Part shown: in pieces, positions 10,181 to 20,658 of the stretch
Position numbering within the stretch: position 1 is the stretch's first letter
Layout of the letters: each line of letters begins with the position of its first letter
Source: a virus
Virus genome (UHGV): UHGV-0057547
Strand: one strand, 5' to 3'
DNA: 64,000 nucleotides
The notes under the pieces: generated by a model
Database searches by the model: none
What the model was told of the DNA's origin: nothing
What the model saw: only the letters and a program-made list of their open reading frames with translations
Position numbers and translations under genes: made by a program

Positions 10181-10557
10181 AACTAGTACAGCGTATGTAA
10201 AGAAATTTACATAGGACACAACCTTAAAACCAGTAACTCCTAAAGCTCAACAACTACAACAAAGGATAGAATCAGAAACCTTTGTGAATGTGAGGAAACT
10301 CTGAAACAATAGTTGAGATGATATATGGCGAGAGCCTAAGTATTGTAACAATGGATGTTTGGTCGCCAAACTTAGAAATAAGAAGGTCAAACGACTATGA
10401 TTTGAAAGAATCATAAAGCCTCAAGCGAATGGAGGAAGAAATGGGTTGCCCCTAACAGATAATGCTGAGGGTGAAGAAATAGTCTAGTCACTCTAGGAAA
10501 CTAGGTGCTTAGAATTGACTAAGGTTTATAAGTTGCGATTATAAATAAATATTAACG
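10181..10557 (+). mobile_element. Group I intron A4 (divergent, no ORF)
   Basis: 5' region GTATGTAAAGAAATTTACATAGGACACAAC, R GGTCAAACGACTATGA at 10383, S GAAGAAATAGTCTAGTC. The 3' motif AAGGTTTATAAGTTGCGATTATAAATAAA matches the 3' end of intron A7. Confidence 0.5.
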
Positions 10558-10912
10558 TCAAGTAATGGATGAAGACTTCTTATGTATGATGCTTGGTGCT
10601 ACTAAAGGTGCAGATGGTAAAATATCTGTAACATCTTCAGTTCCAAACCAAAGTTATACAGCAGAAGGTACTTTCAGAACTACTTCATTAAATGGAGACC
10701 AATACAAAAAAATAAAATTCTACAACTTAAAAGCACAAGTTTCAGCTGACTTAACTTTATCTGCTTCTGATGTTTCTGAATTCTCATTAGTATTAGATAT
10801 AATGGCTGACGATGCTGGTAAAATATTAGATATAGAAAACACTGCTGGTGGAGTATCTGCTGGATTTAATGAACCTGAAATTGTTTCTATAAAAGCTAAA
10901 GCTGATAAATAA
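10558..10912 (+). CDS. Major tail (tube) protein, terminal exon
   Basis: ORF MDEDFLCMMLGATKGADGK... All three frames carry stop codons up to about 10555, so the exon must start after that point. Confidence 0.5.
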
Positions 10913-10933
10913 TTAAATATATACTTGATAAAT

Positions 10934-10970
10934 GGTGAGAGATAACTACTATCTCTTACCATTTTTTTTA
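10934..10970 (+). terminator. Rho-independent terminator after the tail tube gene
   Basis: GGTGAGAGATA-ACTAC-TATCTCTTACC forms an 11-bp stem and is followed by ATTTTTTTTA. Confidence 0.6.
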
Positions 10971-11015
10971 TGCCCCAATAGTCTTATTTTAGATATGTAA
11001 AATAAAAAGAAGGAG

Positions 11016-11570
11016 ATGATTTTTGTGGATAGATTAGCATTCACAAGCGATTTAATCGCAGATGATATAAGATGTAAATTAAAAGTTATAAGCAAAGAGG
11101 ATGGTGAACCTAGTTACATAACTATATGGAACATCAAAGGTGATAGAAGACAAGAAGTATTAAATGAATTAAACACTATTATGGAATTACATAATGAAGA
11201 TGATGAAAAATTATTTAATATGTTTTATACTAGTCTTATTTTAGAATTCACTGATTTAGTAATAGATACAGATGATGTATTATTTTTATTAAATGATAGC
11301 ACATTAACTGGAAAAATGTTAATGCAAGAATTTAATGATATGATATATGAAATACAATATGAAATAGCTATGGATAACTTACAACAAACTAGAAATTTAG
11401 CTATGGCTTTAATAGCTAAGTCTACAATAGATGAAATGAATTATGCACAAGAAAGAGTAGACCGTGCTAAAGATAAAAGAGATAAGAATATTTTTATAGA
11501 TTTAGAAAAAGAAAAAAGAGAAAAACATCTTGCCTGTAAAAGAAAAGGAAATAAAAAATATAGAAAATAG
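11016..11570 (+). CDS. Hypothetical protein, possibly a tail assembly chaperone
   Basis: Position immediately upstream of the TMP gene. RBS AAGAAGGAG. Confidence 0.4.
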   Translation: MIFVDRLAFTSDLIADDIRCKLKVISKEDGEPSYITIWNIKGDRRQEVLNELNTIMELHNEDDEKLFNMFYTSLILEFTDLVIDTDDVLFLLNDSTLTGKMLMQEFNDMIYEIQYEIAMDNLQQTRNLAMALIAKSTIDEMNYAQERVDRAKDKRDKNIFIDLEKEKREKHLACKRKGNKKYRK

Positions 11571-11573
11571 GAT

Positions 11574-11999
11574 GTGATTGAATTGGTTTTTGATTCAATG
11601 GAGCAACTAGAAGCATATGTATTAAAGGCAATGGATGATTGTGCTAAATTAAGTGCAAAAAAAATGTTAGACATAATGACAGATGAATTAGAAAATAGAA
11701 TTTATAATAATTATTCACCTAACCTATATGTAAGAACAGGTGATTTGATGAATACACCTCAAATAATTTCTGCTGATTCAACTGGAATGCATACTGAATT
11801 TGTAGATAATGGTGGTTGGTTTAGTTTAGTAAGTGCAACAAAAGGGCAACATTTCTTTGCTTTAGAAGGATTAGAAGGTGGTCATTCTTGGGGAAGAGAA
11901 GCAACAAATGCTTACCCATTTGCTTACACTAGATGTCTTTCTGAAATACCCGACTATTATAGAAGTTGTTTAGTGGCATTTGGGATACCAATAGTTTAA
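11574..11999 (+). CDS. Hypothetical protein in the same frame as the previous ORF, separated by a TAG and one codon
   Basis: Alternative GTG start. Could be a read-through extension or an independent gene. Confidence 0.35.
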   Translation: MIELVFDSMEQLEAYVLKAMDDCAKLSAKKMLDIMTDELENRIYNNYSPNLYVRTGDLMNTPQIISADSTGMHTEFVDNGGWFSLVSATKGQHFFALEGLEGGHSWGREATNAYPFAYTRCLSEIPDYYRSCLVAFGIPIV

Positions 12000-12033
12000 T
12001 CAATCTATTAATAAGAAAGAGTGGTGGTAATTT

Positions 12034-15000
12034 GTGAGTGAATTTGATATAAGAATTGGTACGCAACTAGATACTAGTAAAGCGTTACAACAATTGATGG
12101 AATTCGTCAAAAAATATGACAATAAAGAAAAGATAAATATAGACATAGGCCAAACAAAAGGTGCTAATAACATAAAAAACACAACCAAAGCTATGAAAGA
12201 AATGCAAAAGATAGCTAAGGCGTTAGGAAGCACAAAGATTGACATAGGTGGCAATATAGGTAAGGCTACTGGTGAAGCTACTAAATCATTAGAAAATAGT
12301 ATAGACAAACAAGCCAAATCTATTGCCAAAATAACTAGTAATGCACAAAGAGATTTAACTAAAGATGCTCAAAAAGGTATTGGGAATAGTCTTAAAGGTA
12401 TCAATGCAGAAATGAAAGATACCCAAAGAAATGTCGAGAGAATGATTAGTACTCTTGAACGAGCTAAGAAAGTTGAATTAATAGACCAAAAAGGTTTAGA
12501 TGAAGGGTTAGCTAAATTAAAAGATATGAAAGCTAATCTTAATATAGGTAATATTGACAATGTAGAAAAAAAATTAGGGGAAGTAGCAAGTGACTATAAG
12601 AAATTAATGACAGATGCAACTAAGGAAGCATTTAATAATGTTGAAGTATCAGGGTTATTAGAAGACTTAAAAGTTGTCAGAGAAGCTATGTCAGCTAAAA
12701 ACATGGATTTAAGTGGTGTTGATACTTTAATTTCTAAAGCTAAACAACTTACTTCTTTAAGTGTTGACCAAATGTTACAACAGTACAAAGAATTAAGACA
12801 AGTATTTAGTAAAGAATTAAAGATACCATTAGGTTTAAGTGGCATAATGAACGCTGAAACTGCAATTAAAAATGTTCTAGATTATAAAAACAAACTAACT
12901 GCTAAAGTTTCAGTTGAAACAAATTCAGAACAAATAGATATTTTAAAAGATAAAATAATAAGATGTGATGAAGTTGTTGAACAACTTAGAGGAGATTTAA
13001 ACTTAGTAGGTAGAAGTACAGCATTAAATTTAATGGAACAAGCTAATGAAAGAGAATTAGATACATTAAGCGCTAAATTAAAAAAATGTAAAAATGATTA
13101 TGCTAGTTTAGAAAAAGAAAGAGAAAGATTAAATAAAGATAGTAGATACCTTGGAACAGAAGATTTAAACAACATAGAGAAACAATCATTAGCCATAAAG
13201 AAAAACCTTGATAGTTTAAATGTTGGAAATTTAAATACTGATAAAATAAATAAAGTTACTGGTGACATAGATAATTTAAGAAAAACAATAGAATCAACTG
13301 GTAATTCAGCTAAAAAATTAGATATAGAAGCAACAGTTAAAGTAGATATGAAAAATGCTCAAGACCAATTAAATGGTATGTATTCTGCTTTAATAAAATC
13401 TAATAAATCTACCGTAATGGTTAAAAAATATAAAGATGAATTAGAAGGATTATTTGATTTATCTAAGACTAACCCAGGTGTAGCACTAGACAAAATAAGT
13501 GGTTTTATAGAAAAAGTAAATAAAGAAGCCAAGAATAAAGGTTTAGGTAAAATAACTGGTGGTTTAGACCAATACAAACAATACTTAAAAGATTATGAAT
13601 CATTAGTTAAAAAAGCTAGTGGTACTACTGATATTGGTTTTGCAAAAGCTTACAAATCAGAAGTTACACAAATAGAAAAAGCATTAGACCAATTAGAAAG
13701 TGGATTTAACCAAACTCAAAAATCTATGGCTAAATCTTTGAGATTAGAGTCAATTAATAAGAATACTCAAGAATTTATTAATCAAGTTGAGAAATCTATT
13801 AAGAAAACTCAAGAATATAAAAAAGAATTACAAACTCTTAATAATGATATAAATTTTGATGGTCTTACTTCTAAATTAGGTCAAAAAGTCAAAGAAGAAT
13901 TTGACGGAATGATTAATAAAACTAATCAATTAGAAAAAAGACTTGGCAATATGTTATCATCAGGTAACATAAATACTACTGAACTATCTAAGTTAAAATC
14001 AGAACTTGAAAGTACTTTTTCCGGACTTTCTAAACTTAAGGATACTAGTATAAAAATTAAAACTGATGAAACTGTATCAGGACTTAATAAAATCAAAAAA
14101 GATTTAGAAACATTAGGACAAGATACTAGTCAAATAGAAAGAGTTATTAACGCATTAAAAGAACTTAAAGCCAATTTCAATGGTGGTACAGCAGGTTATA
14201 AAGAATTAGCCAATGGAATAAAATCTATTGGAAAAGATAATAACTTAGAAAAACTAAATAGTTCTTTAGAAAAATCAGTTAAGAAATTTAATAACTTAGC
14301 TAAAGCTGTCGGAGAACTAAAGGTTAAAAATATAGGTAATATAGACCAAGGTGCTTTTCAATCTTTAGATAGTCAAGTTGCACGAATACAATCTCATATA
14401 GAAGGTTTAAATAAAAATGATATATCTTTAATAGATGTTAAAAAAGTTGAAGCAGAAGTAAATGAATTAAGCAACTGTGTAGAAAAAATGAGTAGTGAAT
14501 TAACTCAATATAGTAAATATTTGGAAGAATATAAAAGATTATCTAGTCAAGCAGGTAAAACAAATGATGTTAATTTAGCTACAAAATATCAACAAGAAGC
14601 AGAAGGTATAAAAGGTGTATTAACTCAATTAGAAAGTGAGTTTACACAAGCTCAAAAATCTATTGCTCAAGGATTAAAAACTGATGCTTTCTCTAATGCT
14701 AATGAAAAAATGTCTTCTGAAATTAATAAATCAATTAAAACAGTTGATAATCTTAAAGAAAAACTTAATACATTAGATAAAGATGTACATTTTGAAAATA
14801 TGACATCTGAATTAGGTAAAGAATTAAATAGTCAATTTGATACTTTAGCTAATAAAGGTGAAGAATTAAAAGATAAATTAAATAAAATATTAGCATCTGA
14901 TAACGTAGATATTTCTGCTTTAAGTAAAATTAAAAAAGAAATAAGCGAATTTGCAAGTGAAGTTAATAATTTAAAAAATTCTGCAATGGATAATGTTATT

Positions 15001-17166
15001 AGAGAATCTTTTGATAACATTAAAATACCTAATTTAAATAAACAACTAGAAGCCGTTAAAGATTTAATGTCACTTAAAAATATGGACACTAGTGGTATAG
15101 ATACTTTAATAGAAAGAACTAAAAAATTATCAAGTTTAAGCGTAGATAAAATAGGTCAAGAGTTTAAGGAAATACAAAATGCACTTGGTAAAGAAATTAA
15201 TTTACGTTTAGGTTCTAGTGGTATCAAAGATATAGAATCTGCATTAAAAGTTATATTACAATATAGAAATGAATTAAAAAATAAAATAGCAGTTGAAACA
15301 GATTCGTCAAAAGTAAAAGACCTTAATAACCAATTAGAAAAAACTGAGAATATAATAGAAAAGCTTAAAGGTCAAACTAGTGGTGGACTTGGTGCAAGTT
15401 TAATTAGCGATGCTAATAATAATAACTTAAAACAATTAGAAGATACTGCTAATGGATTAGAGAAAACATTCTCTAATTTAGAAAATGAAGTAAATAAATT
15501 AAACAGCGAAGCATTGAATAAGGTTGACATAAGTCAATTAAGGGAAATGAATGAAGTTGTTAATGATGTAAAGAAAAATTTAGCATCTATTGGAGAAGGA
15601 AATGTTAATGTTGATTCAATAAATAAAACAGCACAAGATATAGAAAAATTAAAAAGACTAATAGAAAACACTAAAAAGACAATTAGTGATATGAAATTAG
15701 AAGTTTCATTTAATATTAAATCAAATGAAGCAGAACAATATTTAGCAGGTTTTGAATCAGCTTTATTAAGATTAGGTAAATCAACTAGTGGAATAAATGA
15801 TTTAAAAAGTGAATTTGAAAGTATAAAAAATTCAGCTAACGGAAATTTAAGTAGTGCCATAAAAATGATTGATGACTTTATTAATAAATTAAAACAAATG
15901 GGTAGCAAACAAGGTCTAGGTAATATAAGTGGTACTATATCTCAATATAAACAATATGCTAAAGAATTACAACAAGCTATGAGTGGAGCATTGAAATCTA
16001 GTGGTTCTGATACAGCTAAAGGATTTGAACAACAAGCTGATAGAATAAAAAATGCTATGCAACGTTTAACTTCAAGTTTCAAAGAATCACAAAGAGAATC
16101 GGCTAATGCTTTTAACAGTAGTTCATTTAGTGGTTTTTCTTCTAAATATGAAGCTGAAATAAATAAAGTTGAAAAAAGTATAAACAGATTTAAATCATCA
16201 ATGCAAAATTTAGATAAAGCTGTAAACTTCAAAAGTTTCCAAAGTGATGTAGGTAGAGGTTTATCTGAACAATTTGACCAAATAATGGCGAAAGCCGAAC
16301 AATTAAGAGATAAACTAAAGAGTGCATTATCTTCAGGTACATTTGATATAAGTGAAATAAATAGAATAAAAGATGAATTAAAACAAGTTGAACAAGAAGC
16401 AGATTCATTAAAACAAAAATCTATTGTATTGAAATGTGCCGAAAGTATATCTGAATTAGAAAAGCTTAGTAGTAAACTAAGAGATATAGGTGGAGATACA
16501 TCACAAATAGACAGATTAAGAGATGAATTTGTTTCACTTGGTTCAGGTATAAAAGAGGGTACTGCTGGAATAGATGATGCAATTTCTAAACTGAAATCTT
16601 TATCTTCGGAAGCACAAAGAACTTTTAGTTCTTTTGAATCATCTACTGGTAAAATAGGTTCTTTTGGTTCTAAAATACAAGGTTTCTTTGGTTCTATTAA
16701 GGATTCATTTAGGAATTTTACTATTGGTGAATTAATGGCTGATGGTATAAATCAAGCTGTTTATCAAATAAAAGATACTATATCAGGTTTAGATGAAGCA
16801 ATGTCCGAATTTAAAAGGGTTGCTCCTGATAACTTTAGTTTAAACACATCTAACTTACAAAGTGTTGCTAATGAAGCAAGAGAAATAGGTATTAGTGTTG
16901 GGCAATCAGTAGAAGATGTTATCACTGGAATGAGTACTGCATTACAAGCTGGTGCAGGCGACATTAAAACAGCTTCTGAAATAGCTAAAAGTTCTGCTAT
17001 ATTCCAAAATGTTACAGATATGGATGCAAAAAGTGCCTCAAAAGCTATTTCTTCAATGGTTAACCAATATTATGATATGGATTCAGCATTAAATCAAGTT
17101 GACCACGGTGTAGGTAAATCTGTAAAAGGATACAATAACTTAACTGAAGCGATGGATTTGGTAATT
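12034..17166 (+). CDS. Tape measure protein (TMP), exon 1. The end is uncertain within 17166-17190.
   Basis: GTG start with RBS AAAGAGTGGTGG. Long coiled-coil repeats. TMP core motifs ...GISVGQSVEDVITGMSTALQAGAGDIKTASEIAKSSAIFQ... The stop at 17196 is followed by an HE cassette. Confidence 0.6.
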
Positions 17167-18205
17167 GATTTGCCGTTTATATTAGAAATAATATAAATTA
17201 TTAGAGGGCAAAATCGGTGAAGACTAAATATTTTAATTTATTTACTTTTAATAAAAAATATGGTATAATAATATAAAATAGGAGGGGATATAATGAGAAG
17301 ATTGAGTTATGAATATGTAAAAGAGTATATAGAAAATTTTGGTTATAAATTATTATCAAAAGAATATAAAAACAATAAAACTGAATTAGAAATACAATGT
17401 AATGATTGTGGGAATATATTCCATATGAGATTTAACAATTTTAAAGATGGTAAACATAGATGTGAATGTAAGAGCAAACCATTAGTTTTGACATATGAAT
17501 ATGTTAAAAATTATATTGAATCATGTGGATATAAATTATTATCAAAAGAATATAAAAATAATGCAACCTATTTATTGGTTTGGTGTGGAAATCCTAATCA
17601 CAAACCTTATAAAGTTAAATTTAATAATTTTAAAGATTGTAATAGTAGATGTCCTGAATGTAATACAACTTCAAAAGGTGAAGAAAAAATAAAAGAAATT
17701 CTAATAAAATATAATATAAAATTTAATCAACAATATTTATTTAATGATTGTAGAAATACAAGACCACTTCCATTTGATTTTTATTTACCACAGTATAATA
17801 TTACAATAGAATATGATGGGAGACAACATTATAAATTAGATTGTTTTAATATGAATTTATTAGATTTAATGAATTTGAAATATAATGATAATAAAAAAAC
17901 ACAATATTGCAATAATAATAATATAAAACTTATAAGAATACCATATTGGGATTTTAATAATATAGAAAAAATACTTAAAAAAGAATTAAAAGTAAATTGA
18001 ATAAAGTACAAGTTAATACCGAGATAACTTATTAGATTACGAAAAGGCTAATAAGTATTGTAGAGCATAGAGGATGAATAAATATAACTCCTCCAAGAGT
18101 GTCCTCCATCCTAACGTAAAGACGAGGATGAAAATATATGCCATACTGAATTGGAATAGACCAATTGATGAAAATGAGGGAAACCTCCAGAGCATAAGAT
18201 AAAAA
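17167..18205 (+). mobile_element. Type-B intron-like insertion B1 with a Vsr/DUF559-like endonuclease ORF
   Basis: 5' block TTAGAGGGCAAAATCGGTGAAGACTAA. After the ORF comes AATACCGAG...CCTCC...TAACGTAAAGACGAGG...GAAAATATATGC...AGATAAAAAG. This core is shared with B2 at 19883-20151. Confidence 0.5.
17293..18000 (+). CDS. Intron-encoded zinc-ribbon / Vsr-DUF559-like endonuclease (paralog, 2 modules)
   Basis: RPLPFDFYLPQYNITIEYDGRQHY...IKLIRIPYWDF. Promoter and RBS GGAGGGG lie upstream. Confidence 0.65.
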   Translation: MRRLSYEYVKEYIENFGYKLLSKEYKNNKTELEIQCNDCGNIFHMRFNNFKDGKHRCECKSKPLVLTYEYVKNYIESCGYKLLSKEYKNNATYLLVWCGNPNHKPYKVKFNNFKDCNSRCPECNTTSKGEEKIKEILIKYNIKFNQQYLFNDCRNTRPLPFDFYLPQYNITIEYDGRQHYKLDCFNMNLLDLMNLKYNDNKKTQYCNNNNIKLIRIPYWDFNNIEKILKKELKVN

Positions 18206-18238
18206 GCTTATGGATAATAACAATAGAAATTACGCTGG
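18206..18238 (+). CDS. TMP 33-nt mini-exon (LMDNNNRNYAG)
   Basis: Exactly 11 codons lie between the B1 3' G (AGATAAAAAG|) and the A5 5' splice site GCTGGT|. The putative P1 is CUGGU with AGCCAG, including a U-G pair. Confidence 0.4.
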
Positions 18239-18620
18239 TTAGAATTAGCCAGGCTATATGGAGACATATAGTACAAATCTCTTTTGAATTGCTGGAAAGG
18301 ACTTAGAGCCTATTGAACTACAACGTAGATGGAAACATCAAACGTGAATGTTAAAAAATCAATAGGATTGTTCAATCAGCAGGTAAAATTCTAAGTGATA
18401 ATTTATCATATGAATAAACTTCAACGACTATCCCTTGGATTTGCTAATTTAGTAAATCAATAGGAGTACGGCTCAAGCGATTGGAGTGGGTGAGAATCCC
18501 TTAAATGGAAGTGGAAGAGGACTTATAAAAGTTCAAGATATAGTCTACTCTCGTAGGAAATCTACGAGCAGTCCTTTTTTTGGACGGTATGTATATAGCG
18601 AATACATATGAATATTAAGG
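18239..18620 (+). mobile_element. Group I intron A5, no ORF
   Basis: P2 hairpin CTATATGGAGACATATAG, P AATTGCTGGAAAGG at 18287, Q AATCAGCAGGTAAAATTCTAAG at 18375, R at 18421, S AAGATATAGTCTACTC at 18541. The 3' end is ...ATGAATATTAAGG. Confidence 0.7.
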
Positions 18621-19004
18621 AATAACTTCGCAATTTCATCTGATGGTGTAACAGAAGCATTACAACGTGGTGGTTCTGTATTATCTAACTATGGAGTAGA
18701 TTTAAAAGATTCCATTGCAATGATAACTGGAGCAAATGAATCTTTACAAGACCCTGCTCGTATAGGTAATGGTTTAAAATCTATAGCAATTAACCTTTCA
18801 GGTATTAAAACAAATGCACAAACAGGTGCTCTTGAATTAAATAAAACAGCAAAAGCATTACAAGAAACTGCTAAAATAGATATATTTACTGATAAATCTA
18901 AAACACAAGTTAAAGATATTGTTAGTATACTAGATGAAGTAAAAGATAAATGGGCTTCTTTGACTGATGTTGAACAAAAAGGATTATCAGAAGCCATAGC
19001 AGGT
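18621..19004 (+). CDS. TMP exon 3
   Basis: In-frame NNFAISSDGVTEALQRGGSVLSNYGVDLKDSIAMITGANESLQDPARIGNGLKSIAINLSG..., which is the typical TMP core region. Confidence 0.55.
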
Positions 19005-20151
19005 AGTATGTAAGATTTTGTCTTATTAATTTATTGAATAGACATTATACAAAAATAGTAGTATAATATAAGTAATAAATTAATAAGGAGGGAACTTTCA
19101 TGGGGAAAAGTTCAAAAGATAAATATGAATTAGGTAAAGAAATGTTTTTACAAGGGAAAACAACAATGAATATAGCAAAAGAATTAAATATATCAAGAAG
19201 TAGATTTTCAAGATATTTAAGGGAGTGTGGAATAGATAGTCAACAATATCATAAATTTCCTATAGATGAAAATGTTTTTAATGTAATAGATACAGAAGAA
19301 AAAGCGTACTGGTTAGGATTTTGGTTTGCAGATGGATATGTAAGTTCAAATAGAAATACAGTAGGTATTGATTTAAAACCGAGCGATTTAAATCATCTAA
19401 ATAAATTAAAAACATTTTTAAAATGGAAAGGCGATATAAAAGTAGAAGAAACTAGATGTAGATTAAATTTTAGAAATGATAAAATTAAGAATGATTTAAT
19501 AAAATATGGATGTGTTCCAAATAAATCATTAACGTTAAAATTTCCAAAATCTATAAAAGAAAGTTTTATTCCAGCTTTTATAAGAGGTTATTTTGATGGC
19601 GATGGCTGTTTATGTTACACTGAAAAGACATTAGAAGTAAGCGTAATAAGCACTTATGAATTTCTTGAATCTATATGCGACATAATTAACATTGATAAAA
19701 AAAGAATATATGATTTAAATAAAAATAAAAAAACAAGTCGTATAGTTCTTAGTTCAAAAAAAGATATTAAAAACTTTCTTGAATATATTTATAAAGATGC
19801 TAATATTTACTTAGATAGAAAATATGAAAAATATAAAAATCTTAAAACTGCCGTCTTTGATAGAAATATTAAAGATAATTAGAGGGATGTATCGGTGAAG
19901 CCTAAGTCGAAAGATATGGTAATACCGAGGGTATCTTAACAGAGAATATCCGTAACGCATAGGGAGTGAGCGATATTGTTAGCAATAACCTCCCCACGAG
20001 CTTCCTCCACGATTATATATATAAGAATAATCACTTATAGATGTTGCTACTATAAGTTCTAACGTTAAACGAGAGTGAAAATATATGCTGGACTTATGAG
20101 AAATCATAAGAAGTGGATGTGTGAATTGACACACTATTAATAGATAAAAAG
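19005..20151 (+). mobile_element. Type-B intron-like insertion B2 with a LAGLIDADG ORF
   Basis: The ORF begins right after the 5' junction. The post-ORF core matches B1 (AGAGGGATGTATCGGTGAAG...AATACCGAG...TAACGTTAAACGAGAG...AGATAAAAAG). Confidence 0.5.
19100..19882 (+). CDS. LAGLIDADG homing endonuclease, double-motif
   Basis: The two LAGLIDADG-type motifs are YWLGFWFADGY and IRGYFDGDGC. RBS AAGGAGGG. Confidence 0.75.
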   Translation: MGKSSKDKYELGKEMFLQGKTTMNIAKELNISRSRFSRYLRECGIDSQQYHKFPIDENVFNVIDTEEKAYWLGFWFADGYVSSNRNTVGIDLKPSDLNHLNKLKTFLKWKGDIKVEETRCRLNFRNDKIKNDLIKYGCVPNKSLTLKFPKSIKESFIPAFIRGYFDGDGCLCYTEKTLEVSVISTYEFLESICDIINIDKKRIYDLNKNKKTSRIVLSSKKDIKNFLEYIYKDANIYLDRKYEKYKNLKTAVFDRNIKDN

Positions 20152-20286
20152 CTCCACGATAACAAATCGAAAACTCAAGCCGGTGTATTCCAAGCATTAA
20201 TGACAGGTTGGGAAAGAGTTCGTCAATATCAAAAAGAATACAATGAAGGTTGGATGATAGGTTCAGCTCAAAGAGAGAAACAACAT
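20152..20286 (+). CDS. TMP exon 4
   Basis: Open frame LHDNKSKTQAGVFQALMTGWERVRQYQKEYNEGWMIGSAQREKQH. It ends at a codon boundary on U, before intron sequence TCTCCGTATGTACAG. Confidence 0.4.
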
Positions 20287-20658
20287 TCTCCGTATGTACA
20301 GAAATGTGCATAGGACATAGATTTAATTGCAGGTAATCCCTAAAGCTCTACACCACAATATATCTGAAAAGAATATATGAAGGTACGAAAGTAGAAAAAA
20401 CGTAGAGATTCTCATATGGTTAAATCCTAAGTGAGAGTAACAATGGGTGTTCATGCAGGTAAGATTCTAAGTGATAATTTATCATATGAATAAACTTCAA
20501 CGACTAGAATGCAAATTCGTAGGGTGTAAGCGATTGACACTCGAAAAGGTCTACCCTTAATATTAAGGTGAAGAAATAGTCTACTCTTATAGGAAACTAT
20601 AAGCAGTTTTCATATAAAGAAAACGGATTAAGTGTAGCGAACTTAATTGAATAAATGG
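20287..20658 (+). mobile_element. Group I intron A6, no ORF
   Basis: P variant AATTGCAGGTAATCCC at 20327, Q GTTCATGCAGGTAAGATTCTAAG at 20460, R at 20497, S GAAGAAATAGTCTACTC. The 3' end is GTGTAGCGAACTTAATTGAATAAATGG. Confidence 0.65.

Noticed and set aside
17167-20151. Type-B elements as IS elements or transposons
   Set aside because: There is no transposase, no terminal inverted repeats and no target-site duplication. They carry homing-endonuclease ORFs and interrupt an ORF whose frame resumes downstream.
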